Shown: positions 38,377 through 48,520 of the stretch, in pieces | How the letters are laid out: every line of letters begins with the position of its first letter | Position numbering within the stretch: position 1 is the first letter of the stretch | Source: an uncultured Nitrososphaerota archaeon | GTDB taxonomy: Archaea; Thermoproteota; Nitrososphaeria; Nitrososphaerales; CADDZS01 | Assembly: GCA_963799845.1 (NCBI GenBank) | Contig: CAWCYI010000006.1 | Location: 704,001-768,000, forward strand | DNA: 64,000 bases | Direction of reading: 5' to 3' | The notes under the pieces: model-generated | Database searches by the model: none | Seen by the model: the letters and a program-made list of their open reading frames with translations, nothing else | What the model was told of the DNA's origin: nothing | Translations under genes and position numbers: made by a program

Positions 38377-39357
38377 TTAGTTGCTAGAGTAGATGTCGTC
38401 CATGACCTCATCGGGCGAGGGCCATTCGCTTTTCTCGGCGAAATCGACCGCTTCATCGACTTCTCTCAGAATGGAATCGTCGATCTCGCGATATTTGGCT
38501 GCGGTCAAGTAACCTTGTTCGATCAATGAGTTCTTGAACCTCGCTATAGGATCAACTCTCTTCCAGTCGTCAACCTCCTGTGTCGTTCGGTATTTCTGAT
38601 CATCGCCTTCGAAGTGTCCCATGTACCGGTAAGTGTCACAGACAAGGTACGAAGGACCTTCTCCCCGTCTTGCTCTTGCGACCATTCCTGACGCGGTATC
38701 GAAAACTGTCATCACGTCCATACCGTCGATTCTGGACGCCGGAATGCTGTAGGACGATGCCCTGACTGTAGGGTCTTCCACACTCGTAGCATACTTGATC
38801 GAGGTTGATTCCGCGTATTGGTTATTTTCTAAAACGAAAATCACGGGTAGTTTCCATATCGAAGCGAGGTTCAGAGATTCGTGCAATACTCCTTGATTCA
38901 GCGCTCCGTCGCTGAAGAAAGCAACAGCTACCTGGTCTGTTCCTCGATATTTGGCGGAGAGGGCTGCACCCACAGCGTGAGGAACGCCCCCCGCAACAAT
39001 TCCATTGGCTCCGAGCATTCCCAAAGTCAGATCTGAAATGTGCATCGATCCACCCTTGCCCTTGCAGGTGCCGGTCCTTTTTCCAAAAAGTTCAGCCATC
39101 ATGGACTTGATTTCAATACCCTTAGCTATGCAATGACCGTGTCCGCGGTGAGTACTAGTCACATAATCGTCATCTCGTAAGTTGGATAAAACTCCCACCG
39201 CGACCGCTTCTTCACCGATGTAAAGGTGGACGAATCCCTTGACCCTCGAAGCTGCAAATTCCTTCTTTACTCTCTCTTCAAATCTCCTGATTGTAAGCAT
39301 CCTTTGGAGCATGTCCAAGAGCTTTTCATTGCTTTGAACCGTGATTGAACTGGTCAT
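38377..39357 (-). CDS. TPP-dependent dehydrogenase E1 alpha (AcoA-like)
   Basis: HLYIGEEA, THRGHGH, GKGGSMH, TPP motif SDG...ENN, GHFEGD. Confidence 0.93.
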   Translation of the reverse strand: MTSSITVQSNEKLLDMLQRMLTIRRFEERVKKEFAASRVKGFVHLYIGEEAVAVGVLSNLRDDDYVTSTHRGHGHCIAKGIEIKSMMAELFGKRTGTCKGKGGSMHISDLTLGMLGANGIVAGGVPHAVGAALSAKYRGTDQVAVAFFSDGALNQGVLHESLNLASIWKLPVIFVLENNQYAESTSIKYATSVEDPTVRASSYSIPASRIDGMDVMTVFDTASGMVARARRGEGPSYLVCDTYRYMGHFEGDDQKYRTTQEVDDWKRVDPIARFKNSLIEQGYLTAAKYREIDDSILREVDEAVDFAEKSEWPSPDEVMDDIYSSN

Positions 39358-39542
39358 ACGACCGTAAGACTGGACGACTCACTATTGAATTTATCTCGAT
39401 CATTCGAAGAGTAATTTGCGAGCAATGTCAAAATCGGTGTCTTCAGATAACTATCAGACTCGAAATACGCGGCCGTGGTCTAATCTCAAAAAACTGGGCC
39501 GCTATTCATCTGAAAGAAGATTCCTTCACTGGACAATCGAGG

Positions 39543-40295
39543 TTACTGATGCATTCCTCTGCCCCCTGTAACCAGCATGAGCTCGCCGGTGATGAAATCC
39601 GACATATCCGAGGCCAGAAACACTGCCGCGTTAGCAACATCTTCCACTTTTCCCAGCCTCTTCAAGGGTGTTTCATCAATCAGAGCCTTGTTCGCTTCCG
39701 AGTCTCTGAATGATGTCATATCAGTAACGATCGCGCCCGGACAGATCGCATTCACATTGACGTATGGACCAAGACGGAGTGCGAGAGCCTTTGTCAATCC
39801 ATTTACGCCAGCTTTGGAAGCAACGTACTCGGCGAAGCGCATCGCAGATGGATGGTACATGCCAGAGTTTGACGATATGTTGACAATCTTGCCTTTCTTT
39901 TGGTTCAGCATGATCGGAGCAACTTCTTTCGAACAGAGGTAGGTCCCTTTCAGATTAACGTCGAGCGTTTCATTCCACATTTCTTCAGTGTGTTCAAAAA
40001 GGTCAACTGGATAATGAATGCCGGCGTTGTTCACCAAAACGTCAATGCGCCCCCAAGCATTCATCGTATCTTGCACAATCCGCTTTACTTCTTCCAATCT
40101 TGACACGTTTGCTTTCACAAGAATTCCCGTCCCGCCATCCACTTCGATATCCTTCAAGAGAGAAGCAGCCTCTTGGGATGAGTTGTTGTAGTTAATTGCG
40201 ACTTTTGCACCCTCAGAGCTAAATTTTTTCGCAATCGCTCTCCCAATCCCCCGGCTGGCACCGGTGACGATGGCTGTTCTATTTTCCAATAACAT
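39543..40295 (-). CDS. SDR oxidoreductase (FabG-like), paralog of 34936-35706
   Basis: TGASRGIG, NNAG, YVASK; shared C-terminus GGRGM. Confidence 0.92.
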   Translation of the reverse strand: MLLENRTAIVTGASRGIGRAIAKKFSSEGAKVAINYNNSSQEAASLLKDIEVDGGTGILVKANVSRLEEVKRIVQDTMNAWGRIDVLVNNAGIHYPVDLFEHTEEMWNETLDVNLKGTYLCSKEVAPIMLNQKKGKIVNISSNSGMYHPSAMRFAEYVASKAGVNGLTKALALRLGPYVNVNAICPGAIVTDMTSFRDSEANKALIDETPLKRLGKVEDVANAAVFLASDMSDFITGELMLVTGGRGMHQ

Positions 40296-40365
40296 GTTCT
40301 GCTAATTATTGAGGAAGGTTGATGAAAGTTTTGATGAGTATGGGTTTGAGGTCACTTTCGGTTTC

Positions 40366-41214
40366 TTATCTTAATCCGAGCTCCCTCATCATCTTATCAG
40401 TCGCTGAATAAGCCTCGAAAACCCAGCTCCTGACTTGAGTCGGATCATTTGGCCACTGGAGCTCGATGCTCACCGGGCAAGCGACACCAATCTCTTTCAA
40501 GACTATGAGGTATTTCTTCAACGGGACGACTCCCCTTCCGGGAGGTAAATCTCCGTGTACTTTTCCATCGCAGTCCGAGAAGTGGATGTTGATGATTTTG
40601 TTTCGGAGTCTCTCCAAAGTCTCAGGATCGTCACCCATCAAGAACAGATGCGATACATCTGCGTTCGCTTTTACCGCCGGATGATTTGCGTCTTTGATGA
40701 ACGTCGCCATGTGATCTACGGAGTCGAGCAGGTAAAACATGTACGGCACATACTCTAGGGCGATCTCTATCCCAAGTGATTTTGAATAATCCGCAATTTC
40801 CCTGACTCCTTCGACTGCCCAGTTCCATTGCAATTCCGGTTTGAATTCCCTCTTCTCGTAAGAGTAATTTCCTAACACGAGGACCATTGTGGGGGAGTCG
40901 AAATCAAATCCGATCTCCAACTCTTTTTTCACGTAATCAATTGTTGCTTTCCTCATTTCAGGAACGAAATCAGTCAACCCGTTGGCAGCGACGATGAATG
41001 AAGAGCAGGGCATCTCGTTTTCCTTGAAGGCCTTGCGCTGGGCTTTTCTGACTTCAACCGAGGAATTCAATGGAAAAATGTCGTACGAATCAAATCCCAT
41101 TTTCTTGGCAACTTTGATTCCTTCGATGGGGCCCACCGGAGAACTCCACCAACAATTCTCAATCAGACCCAGTTTCAATTGATGAACTTCCGAAAACGGT
41201 GTGCAATCTTTCAT
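40366..41214 (-). CDS. sugar phosphate isomerase/epimerase (ketose 3-epimerase-like TIM barrel)
   Basis: IALE, NADVSH, IHFSD, HGDLPPGRG, SIE. Confidence 0.88.
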   Translation of the reverse strand: MKDCTPFSEVHQLKLGLIENCWWSSPVGPIEGIKVAKKMGFDSYDIFPLNSSVEVRKAQRKAFKENEMPCSSFIVAANGLTDFVPEMRKATIDYVKKELEIGFDFDSPTMVLVLGNYSYEKREFKPELQWNWAVEGVREIADYSKSLGIEIALEYVPYMFYLLDSVDHMATFIKDANHPAVKANADVSHLFLMGDDPETLERLRNKIINIHFSDCDGKVHGDLPPGRGVVPLKKYLIVLKEIGVACPVSIELQWPNDPTQVRSWVFEAYSATDKMMRELGLR

Positions 41215-41493
41215 TTATCTTATTTTTGCAAAGAATTGTGACGGTTCAAAATAATTTGAAAACAGGGATCTGATTATGGGTGGGCCGTTTTGGAAATATG
41301 TGTTGCCTGAAAATTTAGTGAAGTTATCCAAAATTATGGCATTTCTTTAGATCAGACTTGGCCTCGCATATGCCATTAGATTGTTACTTTTTTCTCCAAA
41401 ATTAGATTAATTTTATGAATCAACGACGGAGAAAGAATAAAAAAAGATATAATCTGCCAAGTCTTAAATAATCATAGACTTTCTCGGCAGATA

Positions 41494-43089
41494 ATGGCGG
41501 GTACAAAATCAGTTTTCGTGCGCGATGCCACGGGGTTGGTTCGAGCTTTTCGTTGGTATGATGCTCTGATTCTAAGTCTTGCAGTTACCGGTCCAACATA
41601 TTTTGGGATCGCCTCGCAGATCGGTTACGTCTCACCTAACGTTCCCGGCGCGGATTTCACGACTTCCGCCGCGATCGGTTTGTTGTTCATGATTCCTTTG
41701 GGGCTAGTCTACTATTTGTTTGCCGTCAGTATGCCTAGGTCCGGAGGAGATTACGTCTGGATAGGCCGATCCATTCATCCGATTTTGGGATTCGTGGGCG
41801 GCTGGGCCATGTTCATTTCATTCATCTTTCTTCTGGCGGGAGTTGGAGGTCCGACCTGGGCTGGAGTTGTAGTTCCAGTTTTTTACGTAACCATGGGATA
41901 TGTCTGGCACAGCCCAGGACTGGTCACTTACGCTACTACGTTCACCAGGAATACAGTCTTTGAGTATGGATTACTCGTGATAATCTTGGGTGCTTTAATT
42001 ACAGCCTTTGGTCCTAAAGTGTACAGCAGAATCATGATCTTCTTAGCGGCGATCATCCTTCTTGGCACTTTCGTTTTCATCGGTGTAGCGGCGACCACCT
42101 CTCCTACGACTTTCGCCAATGCTTTCAACACTTTCACTTCTACGAATGCGCTGAACGCGACATACAGTAGTATCATTAGTAATGCAGGAACCGCTGGCTG
42201 GGCATATCAGCCAATAACCACCGCGCTCACTTTGGCGAGCGTTCCTTTCGGGGTCCTCTTGTTTAACGGATTCAACTATTCAGTGTACGTGTCTGGGGAA
42301 ATGAAAGATGTCCGAAGGAGTATGCTGTGGGGAGTTTTGCTTGCATTACTCATATGCGGAATCTTGGATATCATAGGTCTCTACTTTGGAGTAAAGATGA
42401 TTGGCTACGAGTTCAATCAAGCAGCCTTCTATCTGTTCGGGCATGGATCTTCCGCCTGGCCGTTTCCAGGGATTTCTCCGTGGATCGCGCTATTCACCCC
42501 GATGGTGATCAACAATGCATACCTGTCCACATTCGTGCAACTCGGTTGGTTACTTTTCTTCATATGGTGGGCGGCCGCTCTTATCCTCGCGATTTCGCGT
42601 TACGTCTTTGCATTCTCTTTCGACAGGGTCCTGCCCACGGCTTTTGCGGACGTAAACCAGCGCTTCCACTTCCCGCTCAAAGCGACGGCCTTGACTTTGG
42701 GGATCGGGATACTCTTCCTGATCGACTTCACTTACCTCCAATCCTACCTGGTGGCTACACTCAACACTACTGCAATTTGGGCCGTGGTCTGGGTTGTCGT
42801 AGGCCTGTCGGCGATAGTCTTCGCGGTCAAAAAGAAGGAGATGGCGAAGGCTCTTCCCGGTGGTCCAGTGCTACTGATGGTCTTTGGTCTGCTGTCAATG
42901 CTCGCTATGGGCGCTACTTTCTATTACGCAGCGACAAACTCTGCAATCGGACCGTTCACCACTTCTGCGCAGGGCCTTCTCGGAGTAGTATTTGCGTCGG
43001 GCCTGGTAATCTACATCATCAGTTACTACTACCACAAAGCCCACAACATCAACCTCGACTTGGTATTGAAGGAAATACCTCCAGAGTAA
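41494..43089 (+). CDS. APC-family permease
   Basis: FVRDATGLVR, MPRSGGDYVW, GEMK, SRYVFAFSFDRVLP, C-terminal EIPPE. Confidence 0.9.
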   Translation: MAGTKSVFVRDATGLVRAFRWYDALILSLAVTGPTYFGIASQIGYVSPNVPGADFTTSAAIGLLFMIPLGLVYYLFAVSMPRSGGDYVWIGRSIHPILGFVGGWAMFISFIFLLAGVGGPTWAGVVVPVFYVTMGYVWHSPGLVTYATTFTRNTVFEYGLLVIILGALITAFGPKVYSRIMIFLAAIILLGTFVFIGVAATTSPTTFANAFNTFTSTNALNATYSSIISNAGTAGWAYQPITTALTLASVPFGVLLFNGFNYSVYVSGEMKDVRRSMLWGVLLALLICGILDIIGLYFGVKMIGYEFNQAAFYLFGHGSSAWPFPGISPWIALFTPMVINNAYLSTFVQLGWLLFFIWWAAALILAISRYVFAFSFDRVLPTAFADVNQRFHFPLKATALTLGIGILFLIDFTYLQSYLVATLNTTAIWAVVWVVVGLSAIVFAVKKKEMAKALPGGPVLLMVFGLLSMLAMGATFYYAATNSAIGPFTTSAQGLLGVVFASGLVIYIISYYYHKAHNINLDLVLKEIPPE

Positions 43090-43234
43090 ACTGGCTGTTT
43101 TCCTCGGTACGAAGCTGTCAGAAAAAGCTCTAACCGAAGTAGGCTCTATTTTTGAGTCTTCTTCGGACAATCTGATTTAGCGAGATTGCATCAGACTTAA
43201 ACATCAGCCGAATTCTTGCTGAGTCGATTCTAGA

Positions 43235-44323
43235 TTGAAAATCGAAGAGCTTCCGACTCCATGCGTACTGATAGACCTTGATGCGCTGGAAAGAAATATC
43301 GAGAAGATGGCAGCGTTTACAAAATCGAAGAATTGCGGGGTGAGGCCACATGCAAAGTCCCACAAGAGCCCGTTCATTGCAAAGAAGCAGATGGATGCGG
43401 GAGCTGTAGGTGTCTGCTGTCAGACTCTGATCGAAGCCGAGGCAATGATTCTGAACGGGATCGACCACGTCCTGTTGACGCATAATCTAGCCTCTACTGG
43501 GATGCTCGAGAGATTTCTAAGCCTAAGAAAGAATGGTGACATAAAGATTCTTGTTGATGGACCAGAAAATACAGAAATGCTTGCAAAGGCCGCTAGACAT
43601 CGCGGACTCACTGTCGATGTTTTGGTCGAGGTCAATGTTGGAAACAACAAAGCCGGACAGGAACCCGGCGAACCCGCCGCGAAATTTGCTTCGTGGGTTT
43701 CGAAAGTAGAGGGCGTCAGGTTCAAGGGTCTCCAGTGCTACGAAGGGAATCTTCAACTCACGATTCCGAGTTTTGAAACGAGAAAGGAGCAAGCCGGGCC
43801 GGTTCTTCAAAAGATCACGAAAACCTTAGGTGCTCTAAAAAACTTGGGACTCGTGCCCGAGATCGTAACCGGTGGAGGAACTGGAACTTACAACATTACA
43901 GCCGGTTATCCAGGAGTGACGGATATTCAACCAGGATCCTACATTATGATGGACAGGCGGTACTCGGAGATCGACACGGCAGGTTCCGATTTTGAGCAGG
44001 CGATGACAGTCCTTTCAACCGTTGTAAGTACTCCAAACGATACGAGAGCGGTCATAGACTTGGGGTGGAAGGCAGTTGGTATCGAGTATGAAGCCCTGGG
44101 ATGGGGAGGAATGCCCAAGCCCCTGATTCATGGTGTTACCTATTCGACCGGTGGCGACGAGCACGGAGTGTTGAAAAGCGAGATCGCTTCGAAGCGGCCC
44201 AACGTTGGTGACAAGGTTCGATTCATTCCTGCCCACTGCGATACCACATTGAACCTACACGGAGTTTTTTACGGAATTCGAGGGGACAGCGTTGAAGTGG
44301 TCTGTCCAGTTGCCCGTCGCTGA
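43235..44323 (+). CDS. DSD1 / D-threonine aldolase-like PLP enzyme (fold type III)
   Basis: PTPCVLID, RPHAKSHK, YEG, GGGTGT, QPGSY, EHG, PAHCD. Confidence 0.9.
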   Translation: MKIEELPTPCVLIDLDALERNIEKMAAFTKSKNCGVRPHAKSHKSPFIAKKQMDAGAVGVCCQTLIEAEAMILNGIDHVLLTHNLASTGMLERFLSLRKNGDIKILVDGPENTEMLAKAARHRGLTVDVLVEVNVGNNKAGQEPGEPAAKFASWVSKVEGVRFKGLQCYEGNLQLTIPSFETRKEQAGPVLQKITKTLGALKNLGLVPEIVTGGGTGTYNITAGYPGVTDIQPGSYIMMDRRYSEIDTAGSDFEQAMTVLSTVVSTPNDTRAVIDLGWKAVGIEYEALGWGGMPKPLIHGVTYSTGGDEHGVLKSEIASKRPNVGDKVRFIPAHCDTTLNLHGVFYGIRGDSVEVVCPVARR

Positions 44324-44332
44324 TTTTCGGGA

Positions 44333-45184
44333 GTGAATGAGATGAAATTCGGATTAGCTGTTACCGGACGGGCAAACCCGAAGATTCTGGAAAAGATGGC
44401 GATCAAAGCTGACGGCGTCGGTTACGACTCATTCCTCGTGACGGATCACTTTATGCTGCCGGATGCAAATAACCACATAGACGTCTGGTCCTTCCTCCCG
44501 TACCTAGCAGCAAAGACAGAGAACGTTCGGCTTGGGACTTGCGTGACCCCACTCCCATTTAGGCGGCCGGGTATTCTAGCGAAGATGATCTCCACCACGG
44601 ACAATCTTTCCGGCGGCAGGGTGATCCTGGGTGCCGGATTCGGGTGGTTCAAACCCGAATTCGATGGATTCTCTCAGTGGCTTGAAACGAAGGAGAGAAT
44701 TTCGTACAGCGAGGAAGCTATCCAACTTATGTTAAGGCTCTGGACAGAAAAGAATCCCGTGGATTATGATGGAAAATTCGTGCATTCGAAGGGAGCGGTA
44801 ATCGAACCGAAGCCAATCCAGAAACCGCATCCACAGATCTGGTTCGGAGGTCATAGGTCTCAGAGTTTGCGAATGGCAGGACGGTATGGTCAGGGCTGGA
44901 TGCCGATAGGGCCGAGATGGTTCAGCGACAGCTATCCCAGACCCGCCGAATACGCGGAAATGAAGGCAAAGATTGTGTCCAGATTAAAGAACAGAGGTGT
45001 CTCGGAGAAGAAATTTGTTTTTACGACTTTGATCAACAATGCAGACTTGAAGACAGTGAAAGCCGATGTGGAACAATTCATCGACGCCGGCATGAATTAT
45101 TTTACTCTGGGCGAAAAGGCGCAGTCCGAGGACAGCATCAAGAGTATTGCAAAAGTTGCAAAAGATATAGGCGGATCGCTCTAA
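44333..45184 (+). CDS. LLM-class flavin/F420-dependent oxidoreductase
   Basis: TDHF, RLGTCV, SGGRVILGAG.GW, PKPIQKPHP. Confidence 0.9.
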   Translation: MNEMKFGLAVTGRANPKILEKMAIKADGVGYDSFLVTDHFMLPDANNHIDVWSFLPYLAAKTENVRLGTCVTPLPFRRPGILAKMISTTDNLSGGRVILGAGFGWFKPEFDGFSQWLETKERISYSEEAIQLMLRLWTEKNPVDYDGKFVHSKGAVIEPKPIQKPHPQIWFGGHRSQSLRMAGRYGQGWMPIGPRWFSDSYPRPAEYAEMKAKIVSRLKNRGVSEKKFVFTTLINNADLKTVKADVEQFIDAGMNYFTLGEKAQSEDSIKSIAKVAKDIGGSL

Positions 45185-45188
45185 ACCG

Positions 45189-46086
45189 GTGAGCGGTTCT
45201 CAGTTGAAAAAATCGGGCTGGAAGATTTCATTTATCCCTTACTTCATGAAGGCGAAGCTCCAGTGGAGTGCTCCGAAAAACGACGAGGCTATTCGGGTCC
45301 TTTCTGAAGAGGGATTTGACGGTGTCGAGTGGATGCTGGGACACCACTTCAACAGTACCCGAAGAGCTCCAGCGTCTCGCAGAGAAAACTAGGAAGAATG
45401 GGCTTGAAATTTCAAACCTAATGTGCTGGCAGGATCTGGTAACTAACGTTAGCAAGACGCGAAATTTGCGTATCAAAGTTCTCGAAGAATACATTGCAGC
45501 AGCCGGATCGCTGTCAATCCCGATCGTGAACGTATTTACTGGGCCGATCACGTGGGCTCCGAATTATCAGAAGATCGGGCGAGATATTTCCGAAGGCAAA
45601 GCCTGGTCTGTCGTAGTTGATTCGTTTTCGAAAATAGTAGATGCAGCTGAGAAAAACAACGTTATCCTCACCGTCGAGGCAGTCTTCGGAATGCTGGTCC
45701 ACGACTATTACACGATGCGAGAGTTTCTCGGCCACTTTGACTCCAATCATCTCGGGGTCAACCTCGATCCGTCGCACTTGGCACTGTATGGAAACGATCC
45801 GGCGTGGGCAGTATCTCGGCTGGGACACAGAATTAGACATGTGCACGTTAAGGATGCCGTCGGGAAAGCCGGTACTCTGGGAGAAGATTTTGTTTTTCCT
45901 TTCTTGGGGGAAGGATCGGTCGATTGGAAAGATTTTCTCAAGGCTCTAGCGCAGGTAAACTACAGCGGTTATCTTTCTCTAGAGTTCGAGAATGATGTTT
46001 ACCTGAACAACGTCTGCGATGGCGACTGGGCGATGGCGGCTAGGGAATCAAAATCCCGTCTATTGAAATTCCTCGGAGAATTGTAA
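45189..46086 (+). CDS. sugar phosphate isomerase/epimerase; +1 frameshift at ~45360
   Basis: GFDGVEW, then LTVE, NLDPSH, HVHVKD, GEGSVDW, SLEFE. Split between ORFs 45189-45392 and 45268-46086. Confidence 0.85.
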
Positions 46087-46199
46087 TTGTCTCTGAAACT
46101 CGAAACAGTCGGCATCAAGTCGTAAAGAGCATTAAGTGATGCGAGTAAATACCGAAAGACGCAAAAACTCTCCGTCTGTAGAGTGTTCCGTTTTTATCA

Positions 46200-47189
46200 A
46201 TGGAATACGTTCGATTCGGCAACACCGGTCTCAAAATCTCCCGTTTGTGTCTCGGCTGCATGAGCTTCGGCAACGGGACAGACTACATGGTAGAGGAGGA
46301 TGAGGCAAAGAAAGTCATCGCGAGAGCATGGGACCTCGGGATAAATTTCTTTGATACTGCGAATGTGTATTCCGATGGAAGGTCTGAGGAGATAGTCGGC
46401 GACTCGGTGAAGGATTATGGCCGTGAGAACCTGGTGATCGCAACCAAGGTCTACAACGACATGGGGAGCGGCCCCAATCAGCGAGGTCTGTCGAGAAAGC
46501 ACGTGATGTGGCAGATGGGAGAGTCTTTAGCCCGGTTGAAGATGGACTACGTTGATCTATACCAGACTCATCGCTGGGATTACGATACCCCGATTGAGGA
46601 AACCCTGTCGGTACTTTCAGATCTGGTACACGGCGGAAGCGTCAGGTACATCGGCGCGTCAAGCATGTGGGCGTGGCAGTTTTCAAAAGCCCTCTACACA
46701 AGCGAACTCAGGGGTTTTGAAAAATTTTCCAGCATGCAAAATCTATACAATCTGCTCTATCGCGAAGAAGAGAGGGAAATGATACCACTCTGCGTGTCCG
46801 AAAATGTTGCTCTAATTCCGTGGAGTCCGACGGCAGGCGGCTTGTTGACAGGAAAGTACTTTTCTGATGGAAAGATCGCAACCTCCTCAAACGATTACAG
46901 CCGGCTGGCACCGGGTTCTTTTGGCTACAAGAGGTACGTTGGTAGAGCATCAAGTGACGAAATAATGAAGCGGTTGATCGAAATCGCGAAGAACGAGGGG
47001 GCAAAGCCAACGCAAGTAGCTATATCGTGGCTGCTCACCAAAAAGGCAGTTACTTCTCCCATAATTGGGACTTCGAAGGTCGAACATCTGGAAGAATTCG
47101 TAGGATCGCTGAGTGTCAACCTTTCAGCGGAAGATTGCCGGTACCTGGAAGAGCCGTACCAGCCGCAGACAGTCTCGGGATTCGTCTAG
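46200..47189 (+). CDS. aldo/keto reductase
   Basis: LCLGCMSFG, FDTANVY, ATK, DLYQTHRWD, PWSP. Confidence 0.95.
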   Translation: MEYVRFGNTGLKISRLCLGCMSFGNGTDYMVEEDEAKKVIARAWDLGINFFDTANVYSDGRSEEIVGDSVKDYGRENLVIATKVYNDMGSGPNQRGLSRKHVMWQMGESLARLKMDYVDLYQTHRWDYDTPIEETLSVLSDLVHGGSVRYIGASSMWAWQFSKALYTSELRGFEKFSSMQNLYNLLYREEEREMIPLCVSENVALIPWSPTAGGLLTGKYFSDGKIATSSNDYSRLAPGSFGYKRYVGRASSDEIMKRLIEIAKNEGAKPTQVAISWLLTKKAVTSPIIGTSKVEHLEEFVGSLSVNLSAEDCRYLEEPYQPQTVSGFV

Positions 47190-48055
47190 AGTTCGTCGAT
47201 CAATCCAGCTTTCGTCGCAGCAGTCTCGTTTTCCACGTCTGCAACTCTCTTCATGAGCGCCGTGACGCCGCTTTGAAGGGTGTCCATCTTCGAGTTCCCT
47301 TCAACGATACTTTTCTCCAGCCCGTCAAGCCGCTGGATAATTTTATTCAAATCTTCAGAAATTGAGTCTGTCTTCGAGTTTATAGGGCCGTTTCCGCTAG
47401 CGAAGGCGTCAAGTTTTGGTGAAACCCTTGCAACCGTCTCGGATAGAGTTTGGATCTTCTCGCCCCAAGTGAGGAGGTTCTTGTCAAACGATTCGAGCTG
47501 AGCCGCCAATTTCGGAATGGCATCGCTTTCGATTAATTCCGCTCGTGCCCTCGCATCTAAAATTGCAACGTCATGCTGCCCTAATTGTTCGTCCAATCCC
47601 TTGCACAATGTTTTTAGCTGCGACATTGTTTCATTTACCGATGCGAGTTCAGTCCAGAATGATTCCACTTTCTGATTTGTCGCCGTGAGACTATCGGTCA
47701 GGGTTTCAATGCCGTTGGTCTTCGGATTAAAATTTCTGACTTCGTGTTCAATTCCTGCTTTGTATGTCGAGATTTCGTTGGTCAGCGCTTGGATTCTAGA
47801 GTTGCTCGTCTCCACGGTTTTTGTGAGATTTTCGGCAATCTCCTGACTAGCAGCAAGTTCTCGGCTGAACTCCTCAATCTCCCGTGAGGTCGCCGCAACT
47901 TCTTTTGCAAGCTCCTCCGCTCTGGTACTGCTCGTCGCAAATTCCTTTGTAAGTTTCTGGACCTGACGGTCCAATTCGGTAACTTTAGTCATGATGAGCT
48001 TCCAGCGCTTTTTCTTCTTGGCATCCTTCTCGACATCTGTCTTTTTTCCTTTCAT
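47186..48055 (-). CDS. long coiled-coil protein
   Basis: Basic N-terminus, then continuous heptads with a 14-aa repeat. Confidence 0.7.
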   Translation of the reverse strand: MKGKKTDVEKDAKKKKRWKLIMTKVTELDRQVQKLTKEFATSSTRAEELAKEVAATSREIEEFSRELAASQEIAENLTKTVETSNSRIQALTNEISTYKAGIEHEVRNFNPKTNGIETLTDSLTATNQKVESFWTELASVNETMSQLKTLCKGLDEQLGQHDVAILDARARAELIESDAIPKLAAQLESFDKNLLTWGEKIQTLSETVARVSPKLDAFASGNGPINSKTDSISEDLNKIIQRLDGLEKSIVEGNSKMDTLQSGVTALMKRVADVENETAATKAGLIDEL

Positions 48056-48520
48056 TGCTGGTCTGGAGCCGCCACAAGCGATTCAATACAGGATAAACAC
48101 CCGCGACGCTCCTTCAGATAAATAACTCTAACAATCTTTCTGAAGGACTTCCGATTTATTTCGAACGAAATTCGGCTTCTTGTGCGGGAAAGGTGGAATA
48201 GTAATTCTATGAAGATGACGGAATTTGTGCCTGCTCCTTCTCGAATTTTACAAGCCCAAATATGGATTTGCGAGCCCAACTAAAGTCGAGGGAAGACGTC
48301 CCGGGGCTGCATTATGGCCGAAACACTTGACTTTGAACGGCGATTATCCAATGCCGCGGTTTCCACAATCCAAGTAGGCCTTTTGAGACGATCTGATTTC
48401 GAAGCAAACGAGACGAATTTCGATCAATGGGAAAAAGTTCTTCATATCGGGAAATTATAGGGCGATCTCGACTTTACTCGAGCTGAAAAATCGATTGCGA
48501 AAAAATCGTAACCGGTAATC

